Counted from the first letter of the stretch, positions 50,221 to 59,973 are shown. The stretch: 64,000 nucleotides of DNA from Deltaproteobacteria bacterium (GCA_038150265.1 JAYOTF010000004.1:32001-96000), one strand, 5' to 3'. Numbers and translations: made by a program. Notes: generated by a model not told the origin, from the letters alone.

Positions 50221-51984
50221 CTATTGCTGAGGAACAATCCGGAATTCAGTTACCTGAGTAGCCTGATTCTGAACGTTGTCTTCTGCCCGCACCGAAATCC
50301 GGAAGCGCCCCGGCTTGTCAAAGAACAGGGTTTCTCCGTATGCCTTGTAAGGCTCATCATTGAGGGCAAATTCCAGCTTCCGGACGTTGGCCGAGTTATC
50401 GGTTGAGGTCAGGTACAGCAGGGTGTTGATGGGGAAGATCTTCACGTCCACGCCGTCTTCCTTCTCCACACGAAGGGGATCAATGCTGAAGATGGTCAGG
50501 ATCTGCGGCGGCGTGTTGTCCACAATCAGGAACAGCGGAGAAGACACCTCCCGGTTGTTGACCCGGTCAATGGACCAGTAGCTGAACATGTACTGGCCTT
50601 CTACCGGAATGACAATGTCCTGCTCATAGGTGGTTTCCGCCTCGTTGCCCAGTCGGTAGCTGGTGGTCTGCACCCCTGCCAGGTCGTCCTGAGCGCTCAG
50701 GCGCACCTTCGTGTTGCCAGTCAGCCACACGGCGCCAATGCCCTGACTGAAGTGCGGCCCCAGGAACTCGTGAGACGACTTCGGAGGCATCGCATCCATG
50801 ACCACATCCAGCGTTTTGGGCTCCGACTCGTTCCCCAGGCGGTCTCGGCTCTTGAAGATGACCTTCATCTCGCCAGGCGCCACCCGAGGAATGAACGGGG
50901 TCACGTACTCGCTGTAAGGCAGCTCGTTGATGCGGTACTGAATGGACTGCGGCTGAGACCGGAGGTCCGTTGCATCCAGCTGCACCCGGGTCCGTGGAGA
51001 AACGTACTGCCGGTCGTTGACCAGGGCCACATCGCCAATGAGGGTGGCCTCGACTTCCGGAGCGGTCCGGTCCAGCTCGAAGCGGTACTCGCGGGCCACT
51101 TCCACGTTGTCCACCTGGTCAATGGCAAAGTAGTGCAGCACCCGCTCCCCATCCGGAAGGTCCTTGACGGCAATGCCGGTTTCCGGATTGTACTGGCGGG
51201 TGGTGCTTTCGTTATCGAAGCGGTAGCGGATTTCCCGAACCCCCGAAAGCTGGTCACCACTGGTGAGCAGGATCACACTCTGCTGCGAGAGGATGTCGCC
51301 CAAAAAGTTGTTGGTCACGGTGTGTGTGGTCGTCGGTGGGGTCAGGTCCACCGTAAACAGCACCTCCACCGGTTTGCTGGCGTATCCCACGTGGTCCACG
51401 GCGTAGTGACGCACCAGGTAGGTTTTTTCCTGATTCAGATTCAGCGGATTTTCATAAACGCCGTACGGCACCCCATCGACAGAAATGTACGCGTCTTCAA
51501 TTCCGGAGAGGTCGTCCACCGAACGCAGCGTGCCGATCAGTCCTCGCCCGTAGTAGGTCATCTTCGAGGATTTGTAGATTGGAGCATCCGTGAGGTTCAG
51601 GTTGGTCTCCGGAGGCTGGCCATCGGCAATGAACTTGTACAGCGTCTCTTCTTCTGTCAGGTAGTTGACCCAGCGGATGAACTGCCGCCCCGGAATTTCC
51701 AGGCGGATGCCTTCCGTTTGCCGCTCCTGCTTGCCCCCTTCAGCCAATTCCTGAATCGTTTGCAGCAAGAACGTCTGAGCGCCTTCTTCCGGAGACGAGG
51801 CCAGCCGAATCCACACCGGCTTGTCCATGGGCCAGTAGACCATTTTGGAGCTGCTGGTGTACACCTTGAGCTCATGCTTCAGCGGTACGGGAACCGGCTG
51901 CGCCCACAGGCTTCCGGCGCCCAGCAAGGCAACCAGGAGCCCTAAATTGATCTGCAAGAAAAGAAGCGCGCCACGGTTAAACAT
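50221..51984 (-). CDS. Secreted protein with about 5 Ig-like (OmpL47-type) repeats, paralogous to the downstream gene
   Basis: Signal peptide ending SLWA; units HYAVDHVG, FAIDQVDN, SRDRLGN, SIDRVNN, AEDNVQN. Confidence 0.8.
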   Translation of the reverse strand: MFNRGALLFLQINLGLLVALLGAGSLWAQPVPVPLKHELKVYTSSSKMVYWPMDKPVWIRLASSPEEGAQTFLLQTIQELAEGGKQERQTEGIRLEIPGRQFIRWVNYLTEEETLYKFIADGQPPETNLNLTDAPIYKSSKMTYYGRGLIGTLRSVDDLSGIEDAYISVDGVPYGVYENPLNLNQEKTYLVRHYAVDHVGYASKPVEVLFTVDLTPPTTTHTVTNNFLGDILSQQSVILLTSGDQLSGVREIRYRFDNESTTRQYNPETGIAVKDLPDGERVLHYFAIDQVDNVEVAREYRFELDRTAPEVEATLIGDVALVNDRQYVSPRTRVQLDATDLRSQPQSIQYRINELPYSEYVTPFIPRVAPGEMKVIFKSRDRLGNESEPKTLDVVMDAMPPKSSHEFLGPHFSQGIGAVWLTGNTKVRLSAQDDLAGVQTTSYRLGNEAETTYEQDIVIPVEGQYMFSYWSIDRVNNREVSSPLFLIVDNTPPQILTIFSIDPLRVEKEDGVDVKIFPINTLLYLTSTDNSANVRKLEFALNDEPYKAYGETLFFDKPGRFRISVRAEDNVQNQATQVTEFRIVPQQ

Positions 51985-52117
51985 CTGAGGGTCCTCAAGT
52001 ATGAAAAAAAGAAGGGTGCTGGTCAGGGCTTATCGAAAAGCTTAAATTTCGCAACTATAGCACTGGTCTTGCACAAAGGCCATGCTAGAGTTTGGGCCAG
52101 GTCCCGAATTTGAGGCA

Positions 52118-52768
52118 TCAGCGCCGCAATTTGCGTTCCAGAATGGTTTGCAGCTCCACGTCACTCAGCAGTTTTTCGAGCCCGCCTCCGGGAAACAGCC
52201 GGGCCCAGCGGTACGCCAGGTCAGCGCCCAGCCCGTGTTCCACGCCAACGGGCGGCTCCTTCATGACCTGCTTGAAGGCATCGTTCACCGAGCGGGCCAG
52301 CCGGGTGTAGTAATGGTCGAGCACCTCGGCGGTGCTCCCCCCGGCTCGCCAGGCTTCCTGGTACCACTCCATCGCATTGAGCTTCACAATTGTGCTCCGG
52401 GGGTAGCCGGAACACATCAGGTTCCACGGATCGCCCTCGCGGTGCTGATCGCCAGCGCTCCGGAAGTCGGTCCGCAGCACCACTGCCGGGATGTCCAGCA
52501 TCTTCGCAAAGAGGAACTCCACCACGGTTCCGGAGTCCAGCTCCAGCCCATCAAAGTTGAGCAAGATGAGGTCGGCCTTCAGGACCTCCAGCAGGTCCTG
52601 ATTCCGGATCTCCACCGAGCGCCCGCTCGTCTGCTCCAGGTTCTGGGGCAGCACGCAGCGGTACTCGCTTCCGGACTCGCGCTCAATGGCTTCTGCGAGC
52701 AACAGGTTCCCGATGAGGTCCTTGTGGTTGAACAGATCGCCGGCAAAGTAGATGGAATGAGTATGCAT
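52118..52768 (-). CDS. Nucleoside 2-deoxyribosyltransferase family protein
   Basis: IYFAGDLF, LPQ, DGLELDSGTVVEF, LRTDFR. Confidence 0.85.
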   Translation of the reverse strand: MHTHSIYFAGDLFNHKDLIGNLLLAEAIERESGSEYRCVLPQNLEQTSGRSVEIRNQDLLEVLKADLILLNFDGLELDSGTVVEFLFAKMLDIPAVVLRTDFRSAGDQHREGDPWNLMCSGYPRSTIVKLNAMEWYQEAWRAGGSTAEVLDHYYTRLARSVNDAFKQVMKEPPVGVEHGLGADLAYRWARLFPGGGLEKLLSDVELQTILERKLRR

Positions 52769-52867
52769 CAGCAGGGCTCCTCTGGGTGAAAAAGCGAATC
52801 AGGGGTTGATGAAGGTAAAGGCGGCACAGCGGCAGCTTCGTGGATCCGGAAGCGGCGCCGCGTCCTC

Positions 52868-53869
52868 TTAGCGCGCAGGGCGGACCTCGCCCACCCGGAG
52901 CTCGTTTCGGTTCCGGAGTTCCTGTGACACCGAAAACGAGGGATCCCGGGGGCGAACGCCGAGTTGGTTCAGGACCTCGCTCAAGGCGACTTCCGCAGCA
53001 CGAGCCGCGCCGTCTTCCACCTTGAGGGCAAGGCCCACGCCCTGTTCCGGAACGGTTGCGGCATACACGCCTTCCGCGCCGCCCTTGCAGACCACCTGGT
53101 CCCCAAAGGCTTCCATGACGCGGGTGCAGTGCCGCCCGGTTCCGGCCACATAATAGGGTTCCGCCAGCATGGCCGCCTGCAGGCGTCGCGCAGCCGCAGC
53201 CCAGTCTTCCGGAAGCCCCACCCCGGTTCCAAAGCGGGCCATGCCCCGGGCCAGTGCCTGAAGCGGCACACACCACGTTGGAATGGAGCAGCCGTCAATG
53301 CCAACCGGGACCTGGTTCAGGTCGAGCCCCATCGTCTGCTCAAGGGCCTGCTGAATGTGCTGCTGAACCGGGTGCTCCAGCTGAACGTACCCCTTCGGGT
53401 CCACCCCCAACTGGCGCGCCACCGAGAGAAACCCGGAGTGCTTTCCGGAGCAGTTGTTGTGGAGCGCACAGGGCGTTTCGCCGCGTCGGGCCAGGGCGTA
53501 AGCCGATTCTTCGTGCGTGGGCCAATGCTGGCCACACTCCAGGTGGGCATCGGTGCAGTCGATGCGCTCCAGCCACTGAGACACTGCGGCAATGTGCCGC
53601 TCCTCAGAGCCGTGAGAGGCACAGGCCAGGGCCAGCTCCACCTGCTGCAGCCCCCAGCGGTCTGCCGCTCCGGAGAGGATCAGTGGCAGCGCCTGCAGAG
53701 GCTTGGACGCCGAGCGGGGGAAGGTGGGGTAGTCGGGGTTGCCCCACTGACGCACCACCTGACCAGCGGCATCCAGTACCACCGCATGCACCTGATGCCG
53801 GCTCTCAACGACGGGGCCGCGGGTGACTTCAATGCAAAGGGGGGCAGCTTGATCCGAAGCAGCCGACAT
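52868..53869 (-). CDS. L-asparaginase II (Rhizobium etli AnsA type)
   Basis: RGPVVESRH, RSASKPLQAL, ASH, NNCSGKH, DGCSIP, KGGAEG, KVEDG. Confidence 0.92.
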   Translation of the reverse strand: MSAASDQAAPLCIEVTRGPVVESRHQVHAVVLDAAGQVVRQWGNPDYPTFPRSASKPLQALPLILSGAADRWGLQQVELALACASHGSEERHIAAVSQWLERIDCTDAHLECGQHWPTHEESAYALARRGETPCALHNNCSGKHSGFLSVARQLGVDPKGYVQLEHPVQQHIQQALEQTMGLDLNQVPVGIDGCSIPTWCVPLQALARGMARFGTGVGLPEDWAAAARRLQAAMLAEPYYVAGTGRHCTRVMEAFGDQVVCKGGAEGVYAATVPEQGVGLALKVEDGAARAAEVALSEVLNQLGVRPRDPSFSVSQELRNRNELRVGEVRPAR

Positions 53870-53899
53870 GCGATCTCCTGACACAAAAGTTAGCGAGAG

Positions 53900-54826
53900 T
53901 TAGGCGGAAATCTGGTGCTTGACCTGCCACGCCACCTGCATCGCATTCAGGCCATCCTGCGCCGACACCTTCGGCTGCGTCTTCGTCCGGATGCACTCCA
54001 GGAAGCTCTGGACCTCTTCCAGCAGAGCGTCTCCGCGCTCCAACTGCACCACCTCCGGCTTGAGGGTTTCCGGGTCAATGCCCTCCTGCAGTTCCACCTG
54101 AAGCCGCCGGGCCTGCCCGGTTCCGTAGTCGAGCGAGAGGTAGAGCCCGGGCTGGAAGATGCGCATGCGGCGTTCCGCCTTGTCAGAAACACGGCTGGCC
54201 GTCAGGTTCGCAATGCACCCTCCCGGAAAGCGCAGGCGGGCGCTGGCCAGGTCGCTGCTGGGGGTGATGATGGAGACCCCGTTCGCTTCCACCTGCTCAG
54301 GCATCTCCCCGACCACGGCCAGGACCAGGTCGATGTCGTGGATCATCAGGTCGAGGATGACGTCCACATCCGTTCCTCGCTTGGGAAACGGAGCAATGCG
54401 GATGTTTTCAATGAACTGCGGCGTTTGAATCTGCTCCCGGAACCCCGTAAAAACCGGGTTGAAGCGCTCCAGGTGCCCGATCTGCAGAATCACCTCATGC
54501 CGGGCCGCCAGCTTTGTCAGCTCTTCGGCCTCCTCAAGGGTGGCGGCAAAGGGCTTTTCCAGCAGCACATGCACCCCCTTTTCCACAAACGGACGGGTGA
54601 TGGCATGGTGGGCACTGGTGGGCACCACAATGCTCACCGCGTCCACGTGGTCCAGCACCGCAGCCGGGTCGGTGTGCCAGGGCACGCCCAGCTCTTCTCC
54701 CACCTTCTGGGCCTGTTCCGGATTCGAATCCACCACCCCGATCAGTTCGCAATCAGGCAGCGCCGCATGTTTTTGGGCATGGAAGCGCCCGAGGTACCCG
54801 ACTCCGATGACAGCAGTTTTCAGCAT
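53900..54826 (-). CDS. Gfo/Idh/MocA oxidoreductase (GnnA-like UDP-GlcNAc 3-dehydrogenase)
   Basis: AVIGVGYLGRFHA, LLEKP, GHLERFNP, DVILDLMIHDID, ANLTASRVS. Confidence 0.85.
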   Translation of the reverse strand: MLKTAVIGVGYLGRFHAQKHAALPDCELIGVVDSNPEQAQKVGEELGVPWHTDPAAVLDHVDAVSIVVPTSAHHAITRPFVEKGVHVLLEKPFAATLEEAEELTKLAARHEVILQIGHLERFNPVFTGFREQIQTPQFIENIRIAPFPKRGTDVDVILDLMIHDIDLVLAVVGEMPEQVEANGVSIITPSSDLASARLRFPGGCIANLTASRVSDKAERRMRIFQPGLYLSLDYGTGQARRLQVELQEGIDPETLKPEVVQLERGDALLEEVQSFLECIRTKTQPKVSAQDGLNAMQVAWQVKHQISA

Positions 54827-54894
54827 GAGTTTGTTCAGCAAAGGTTTGCAGCAACCCCCCTCCGGAACCAGCCGAAGGGGGTGAGCGAGGGGGC

Positions 54895-56514
54895 TCAGTC
54901 CAGACGCCAGTTCCGGATCTGCTGGCCCCCCAGGGCCATGTGGTACCACCCCTTCACCCAGGGCTTGACCAGGTAGGACGCGGTGTAGAAGTAGAGCGGA
55001 ATCATCGCCGCCTCTTCCTCGGTCAGAATCTGCTCCGCACGGTAGTAGAGCTTCTTGCGCTCCTCCGGATTGGTGGAGGCCATGGCTCGGTCCGTCAGGT
55101 CTGCAAACTCCTGGTTGTGCCAGCGCAGGCGGTTGGTGGACTTGGTGGGGTGGAAGACTTCCAGCAGCCAGTTGTTTGCATCCGGATAGTCCGCACACCA
55201 GCCAAAGCGGAACAGGTGCGGCGCGCTGGGCTCGGTGGTGGACTTCAGGTAGACCTTCCACTCCTGATTTTCCACCTTGATGTTGATGCCGAGGTTGCGC
55301 TTGAGCATCGCCTGAACCGCCTGGGCCACCTTGGCGTGGCTTTCGGACGTGTTGTGCATGTAGGTGATTTCCGGGAAGCCCTCGCCGTTGGGATAGCCCG
55401 CTTCCGCGAGCCACTTCCGGGCCTGTTCCGGATCATAGTGGATGCCCACGCCTTCCGACGGATCCACCGACCCAAAAATCGGCGGACGCGTGAAGGTCGT
55501 CGCCGGCTCCTGACCTCCGCGGGTCACACGCTCCACAATCGTCTTGCGGTCAATTGCTGCCGAAATCGCCTTCCGGACCTTCGGGTTGTCCATGGGCGCC
55601 CGTTCGTTATTGATGGCCAGGTAGTAGGTGCAGAGATCCGGCTGCACCGAGAACTCGCTCCGGTACTCCTCCTTGACCCGGTTCATCTCTGCCGGCGGCA
55701 TCGGCAGGTAAGACGCCCCCATCAGGTCCAGCTCATTGTTTTCGTACATCGCCAGGCCCGTGGACTCTTCCGGAATGATGTAGTAGTGCACTTCCGGAAT
55801 GTAAGGCGCCAGGCCACTGACGGCATCCGAGTAGTTCGGATTGCGCTTGAGCACCAAGCGGTCGCCCTTCTTCCACTCGGCCAGGCGGTAGGAGCCGTTG
55901 GTGACAATGTTTTCCGCATTCGTCCAGCTTGTGCCATGCGCCTCAATTGCCTTGCGGGGCAACGGACGGTAGGTCCACAAGCCCGCCATGGCCGGAAAGA
56001 AGCCGGCGGGGGCATTGAGCTGAAACTCAACCGTGTAATCATCCAGGGCCTTCACCCCCAGCTGGTCCACGTCTTTTTCGGCACCGGTGTTGATGGCCTC
56101 GGCATTCTTGAGGATGTAGAGGACGTAGGCATACGGGGAGGCCGTTTCCGGGAGGATGTTCCGCTTCACGGCGTATTCAATGTCATGGGCCGTCACGGGG
56201 GTGCCATCACTCCACTTGACGCCTTCGCGCAGCTTGAAGGTGTAGGTCATGCTGTCGGCACTCACCTGCCAGCTCGTGGCCAGCTCCGGAACCACCTCAT
56301 AGGTCTTGGGGTTGTAGTCCGTGAGGCCGAGGAAGAGCTGCTCAATGACCTCAATCGAAGAGGAATCCTGAGCCACTCCGGGGTCAAGAGAAGGAATGGC
56401 CGACTGCATCGGCAGGCGCAAGAAATCGGGATGATCTGCCGCAAAAACGGTTCCCCCCCAGGCCAGAGCGGCCACGAGGGTGCCCGTCATGAGCGAACGA
56501 AGGCTGTGTGTCAT
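54895..56514 (-). CDS. oppA: Oligopeptide ABC transporter substrate-binding protein (family 5)
   Basis: SLDP, GLTDY, TYTFKLREGVKWSDG.PVTAHD, NGSYRL, GWCADYPD. Confidence 0.9.
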   Translation of the reverse strand: MTHSLRSLMTGTLVAALAWGGTVFAADHPDFLRLPMQSAIPSLDPGVAQDSSSIEVIEQLFLGLTDYNPKTYEVVPELATSWQVSADSMTYTFKLREGVKWSDGTPVTAHDIEYAVKRNILPETASPYAYVLYILKNAEAINTGAEKDVDQLGVKALDDYTVEFQLNAPAGFFPAMAGLWTYRPLPRKAIEAHGTSWTNAENIVTNGSYRLAEWKKGDRLVLKRNPNYSDAVSGLAPYIPEVHYYIIPEESTGLAMYENNELDLMGASYLPMPPAEMNRVKEEYRSEFSVQPDLCTYYLAINNERAPMDNPKVRKAISAAIDRKTIVERVTRGGQEPATTFTRPPIFGSVDPSEGVGIHYDPEQARKWLAEAGYPNGEGFPEITYMHNTSESHAKVAQAVQAMLKRNLGINIKVENQEWKVYLKSTTEPSAPHLFRFGWCADYPDANNWLLEVFHPTKSTNRLRWHNQEFADLTDRAMASTNPEERKKLYYRAEQILTEEEAAMIPLYFYTASYLVKPWVKGWYHMALGGQQIRNWRLD

Positions 56515-56628
56515 AAGAGTCTCCTGAGCAAGAGATTGGGCGAGTGAGGCCGTGGCGAGACTGCAACAGGTTCTTGTTTCTGAGAATGCTTGTCAAGCCA
56601 CGTTCCGGCAGCCCAGGCGCTTTGGGGG

Positions 56629-57255
56629 CTAAACCAGAGGCACAAAGGAAAACCGACCCAGCGCCTCTGATTCCAGACCCGCAGGGGTCTTCCGGACCCG
56701 GGTCATGGTGCACCCCTGAGGCGCTCCGATCGGCGCCAGCAAGAGGCCACCGGGCTCGAGTTGCTCAAGCAAGGCAGGGGGAAGGGCTTCCGAGGCCGCA
56801 GTGAGAACAATCCGGGAATACGGTCCTGCTTCCGGAGCCCCCTGCTTGCCATCGCCCCACTGAACCGCTACCGTCCGGAAGCCAGCCTGGGCGAGGTTCG
56901 AGCGGGCAAATGCCACCAGCTCCGGATGCCGTTCAATGGAGACCACCTGCTTCGCCAGCACCGCCAGCAGGGCCGCGTTGTAGCCACTTCCGGTGCCAAT
57001 TTCCAGCACCGTGTCCTCGGGTCCCACCTCCAGCCACTTCAGCATCAGCATCACCGTGGTCGGCTGCGAAATCGTCTGTCCCTGCCCAATCGGCAAGGGA
57101 AAGTCCAGGTAGGCTTCTCCCACTCGGTGCGACTCCACAAAGGCTTCCCGGGGCACCTGCTGGAAGGCCTGCAGCACGGCTTCCGGAATGCCTTCCTGCT
57201 GCCACTCGCGGAGCAGTCGCTGCTTCTCCGGTTCTCGGGACGCGGCTGCTCTCAT
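56629..57255 (-). CDS. pcm: Protein-L-isoaspartate O-methyltransferase
   Basis: VPREAFV, PIGQGQTISQP, VLEIGTGSGYNAA, FVPLV. Confidence 0.95.
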   Translation of the reverse strand: MRAAASREPEKQRLLREWQQEGIPEAVLQAFQQVPREAFVESHRVGEAYLDFPLPIGQGQTISQPTTVMLMLKWLEVGPEDTVLEIGTGSGYNAALLAVLAKQVVSIERHPELVAFARSNLAQAGFRTVAVQWGDGKQGAPEAGPYSRIVLTAASEALPPALLEQLEPGGLLLAPIGAPQGCTMTRVRKTPAGLESEALGRFSFVPLV

Positions 57256-58385
57256 GAGGAGCTGCGGGTGGAGGTCAGGTACAGGTGATTGCGGTGCACA
57301 ACGGGACGCGAGAAGACCGGGAGCAGTTCGGTACTGCCCGCCCGGAAGGCCTCAAGCTGCTGCCGCAGTTCCCGGGCGGTGCAGGCCACGCGTCCGACCC
57401 CCAGGCGGGTGCCGGAAGCCCCGACGATTTCCACCAGATCCTTGACGTCAAAGCTCCCGGTCACGCGCACAATGCCTTTGGCCAGCAGGCTCTTGTGGTG
57501 ATCCCGCAGCGCGGCTTCTGCTCCTTCGTCCACCAGCAGGCTGCCCTGGCTCAGTGCTCCTGCCGCGAGCCACTTCTGGTAGCCGTTCACCTTGCGTCCG
57601 GTGGCCACGAAGTGGGTTCCGTTGCGCTTCCCCGAGAGCACTTCCAGCACCCCAGCGGGCGCCTTGCCCTCGAGGATATGGGTGTGGATGCCAAACTCCA
57701 TGGCCATGCCGGCGCACCGCACCTTGCTTTCCATGCCGCCCTTGCCCACCTGCGTTTTGGTAGGACGGCACCAGTCCAGCACCTCCTTGGTGACCTCCGT
57801 CACTTCCGGAACCACCAACGAACGCCGACCGGCCGGCGTCTGCTCCTCCCGCAGCAGGCCGGGGGCCGTGGTCAGAAACACCATCCGATCCGCCCCGGCC
57901 ACAGCGGCTGTGTAGACCGCCAGCTGGTCGTTGTCACCAAACTGATGGATCTTCAACTCCTCGGTGGCCACCACATCATTTTCATTGACGATGGGCAGCA
58001 CCCCTGCGTCCAGCAGGCCACTGAGGGTGCTTCGGATGTTGAGGTACGACGAACGCTCCCCAAAGTCCTGGCGGGTCAGCAGCACCTGCGCGACCGCAAT
58101 GCGGTGCTCTCGGAAAAAATCGCCATAGATCTGCATCAGCCGCGCCTGTCCCACTGCCGCCAGGATCTGGCTGGTCTTCAGCGAGTCCGCAGGAGCCTTC
58201 TTCAGGTCCACCAGTTCCCGTCCCGCTCCCACCGCTCCGGAGCTCACCAGGATGACCCGGTGCCCCCGGTCCCGGATCGTCGCAATGGTGTGCGCCAACT
58301 CACTGATGAGGTTGTAGTCCAGGCGCCCGTTCGGACGCTGCAGGACGTTGGTTCCAATTTTTAGAACAAGGCGTTGCGAGGGCAT
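57252..58385 (-). CDS. proB: Glutamate 5-kinase with PUA domain
   Basis: VLKIGT, LVSSGAVGAG, AAVGQ, PIVNENDVV, FGDNDQLA, GGMESK. Confidence 0.95.
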   Translation of the reverse strand: MPSQRLVLKIGTNVLQRPNGRLDYNLISELAHTIATIRDRGHRVILVSSGAVGAGRELVDLKKAPADSLKTSQILAAVGQARLMQIYGDFFREHRIAVAQVLLTRQDFGERSSYLNIRSTLSGLLDAGVLPIVNENDVVATEELKIHQFGDNDQLAVYTAAVAGADRMVFLTTAPGLLREEQTPAGRRSLVVPEVTEVTKEVLDWCRPTKTQVGKGGMESKVRCAGMAMEFGIHTHILEGKAPAGVLEVLSGKRNGTHFVATGRKVNGYQKWLAAGALSQGSLLVDEGAEAALRDHHKSLLAKGIVRVTGSFDVKDLVEIVGASGTRLGVGRVACTARELRQQLEAFRAGSTELLPVFSRPVVHRNHLYLTSTRSSS

Positions 58386-58685
58386 GGAAGGCAATCCGGA
58401 CCAGTCAATTCAGCAAAACTTAATTTTTTAACACACTCACCAAAAAGATGCCATGAGCGACGCCTCACTCGACCGTGTTTTCGGTCAATTTTTGTTTTTG
58501 GCTGGCCTAAACCAACGGATGCCCTACCTTGAAAAATATGGAAAACTGGACACCCTCTGAAAGGGTGATGAATTTTCCTGCCGAGGGGTCCCGCCTCTCG
58601 GCAGAGTCGGCAACCGAGTTGAGCCTGAGGCTCGCGCTACCGGCTGCGCGGGGGCTGCTTCCGAAACGCCTGGTGCGGTCCGGAG

Positions 58686-59879
58686 GTGATGCCCCAGAAC
58701 CCAACTCTTCCTGACAATCCCAGACCCGGCGAGCCCCTCATGTCCCTGAATGATATTCGTGTCCGTGACCTCCCGATTTATCAGGAGCCACTCCAGGTGC
58801 TGGAGATCCTGAAGCGTCAATTTCAGCGTCCGCAATCCCAAATGCGAGCGGCCAAGAAAAATGCCATTGTCAGTGGCGCGCTCAAGGGAGTGGGCCAGGC
58901 CATCAAGTCTCGCAAGCTCCCGCCGGCACGAGACCTCGATGCGGCAGGAACCCGACTCGCTCAGGCGCTGGGAGGCGACGCGCTGCAACTGGCCTCGGCC
59001 CTGCAAAACGATCCCTGGGACCTCAATGCCCGGACCCAGCTCATCCTCCAGTTTTCCTCCAGCCCCTTGAAGAGCAACCTGGCGGCGCTGACAGACGCCC
59101 TGCTGCTGGCTCACGCCAACAACCTGGATCCGGTTCAGCTCAAGCAGTCCTCCCTCTACCTCGCCAGCCACCTGCAGTCGCTGCTGCTGGTCACGCTGCA
59201 CGATGCCCTCCGGGAAGATGAGGCGCGTCTGGCGGAAGAGGAATCGACGGATGAACGCACCCAAAAGCAGCTCAAGGAACTCCGGAACAGCCGCTCCTAC
59301 GTGGGGGAACTCGCCAAACTCCTCAAGGCCAAGGGGGGAAATGGACCGCTGGCCTTCAAGTACAAGGAAGTCGCCCTCGGCGGCAAACCCACGCCCAAGC
59401 AGCAGCAGGACCTCAATACGCTGCTCCGCCTGCTCGTCGGACTGCCCCTGCTGCGTGATCAGCAAGGCACCTTGCTTGAAGCCCTCCGGAAAGCCGACCC
59501 CAATTCCCTGCTCCTCAATTTCTATGAGGCCGAGTCCCGGCGCATGGAGGTGTTCACCCTCCAGCTGCAGAACCGCTTTCTGAAAAAACCGGAGCTGACC
59601 CAAAAGACTTCGCAGTTGCTCCAGGAGGCCCTGCTCTTTGCGCAGAAAAACGTCGACAACCTCGGCGTCAACCCGCAGCCTGGATTCGAAACCAACTGCC
59701 TGCTGCAACTCGCAACCCTCTGTTCGCAGGCCATTGTGCAGGTTCGACGCAGCCGCGAGTCCGTCTCCGACAGCCTCGCCACCCTCAGCAACCGAACCCT
59801 CGAGACCCTCCGCAAGCGCTCAGACGACCCCAAGGTCGCCAAGGCCATCAACCAGTTGGTCCGGGCCACCGAGCTCTGA
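58686..59879 (+). CDS. Hypothetical, probably all-helical protein
   Basis: 397 aa ORF with GGAGG RBS and host-like codon usage; no motif recognised. Confidence 0.7.
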   Translation: MMPQNPTLPDNPRPGEPLMSLNDIRVRDLPIYQEPLQVLEILKRQFQRPQSQMRAAKKNAIVSGALKGVGQAIKSRKLPPARDLDAAGTRLAQALGGDALQLASALQNDPWDLNARTQLILQFSSSPLKSNLAALTDALLLAHANNLDPVQLKQSSLYLASHLQSLLLVTLHDALREDEARLAEEESTDERTQKQLKELRNSRSYVGELAKLLKAKGGNGPLAFKYKEVALGGKPTPKQQQDLNTLLRLLVGLPLLRDQQGTLLEALRKADPNSLLLNFYEAESRRMEVFTLQLQNRFLKKPELTQKTSQLLQEALLFAQKNVDNLGVNPQPGFETNCLLQLATLCSQAIVQVRRSRESVSDSLATLSNRTLETLRKRSDDPKVAKAINQLVRATEL

Positions 59880-59919
59880 CCTCCTGACTCGGCTGAGCCC
59901 GCTGCGGGGCTTTGCGCCC

Positions 59920-59973
59920 AAAATGACTGACTAGTCATTTTTTATTGACGCAGAAGCATGGGGTTGCTTTACT
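59920..59973 (+). promoter_or_regulatory. TetR-type operator next to a sigma70-like promoter
   Basis: Perfect inverted repeat AAAATGACT-gact-AGTCATTTT (59920-59941), then TTGACG-N17-TTTACT with a TG extension. Confidence 0.65.

Noticed and set aside
54827..55414. N-terminal extension of the 504 aa ORF 53900-55414
   Set aside because: It overlaps oppA in another frame; the recognisable protein starts at MLKTAVIG (54826).
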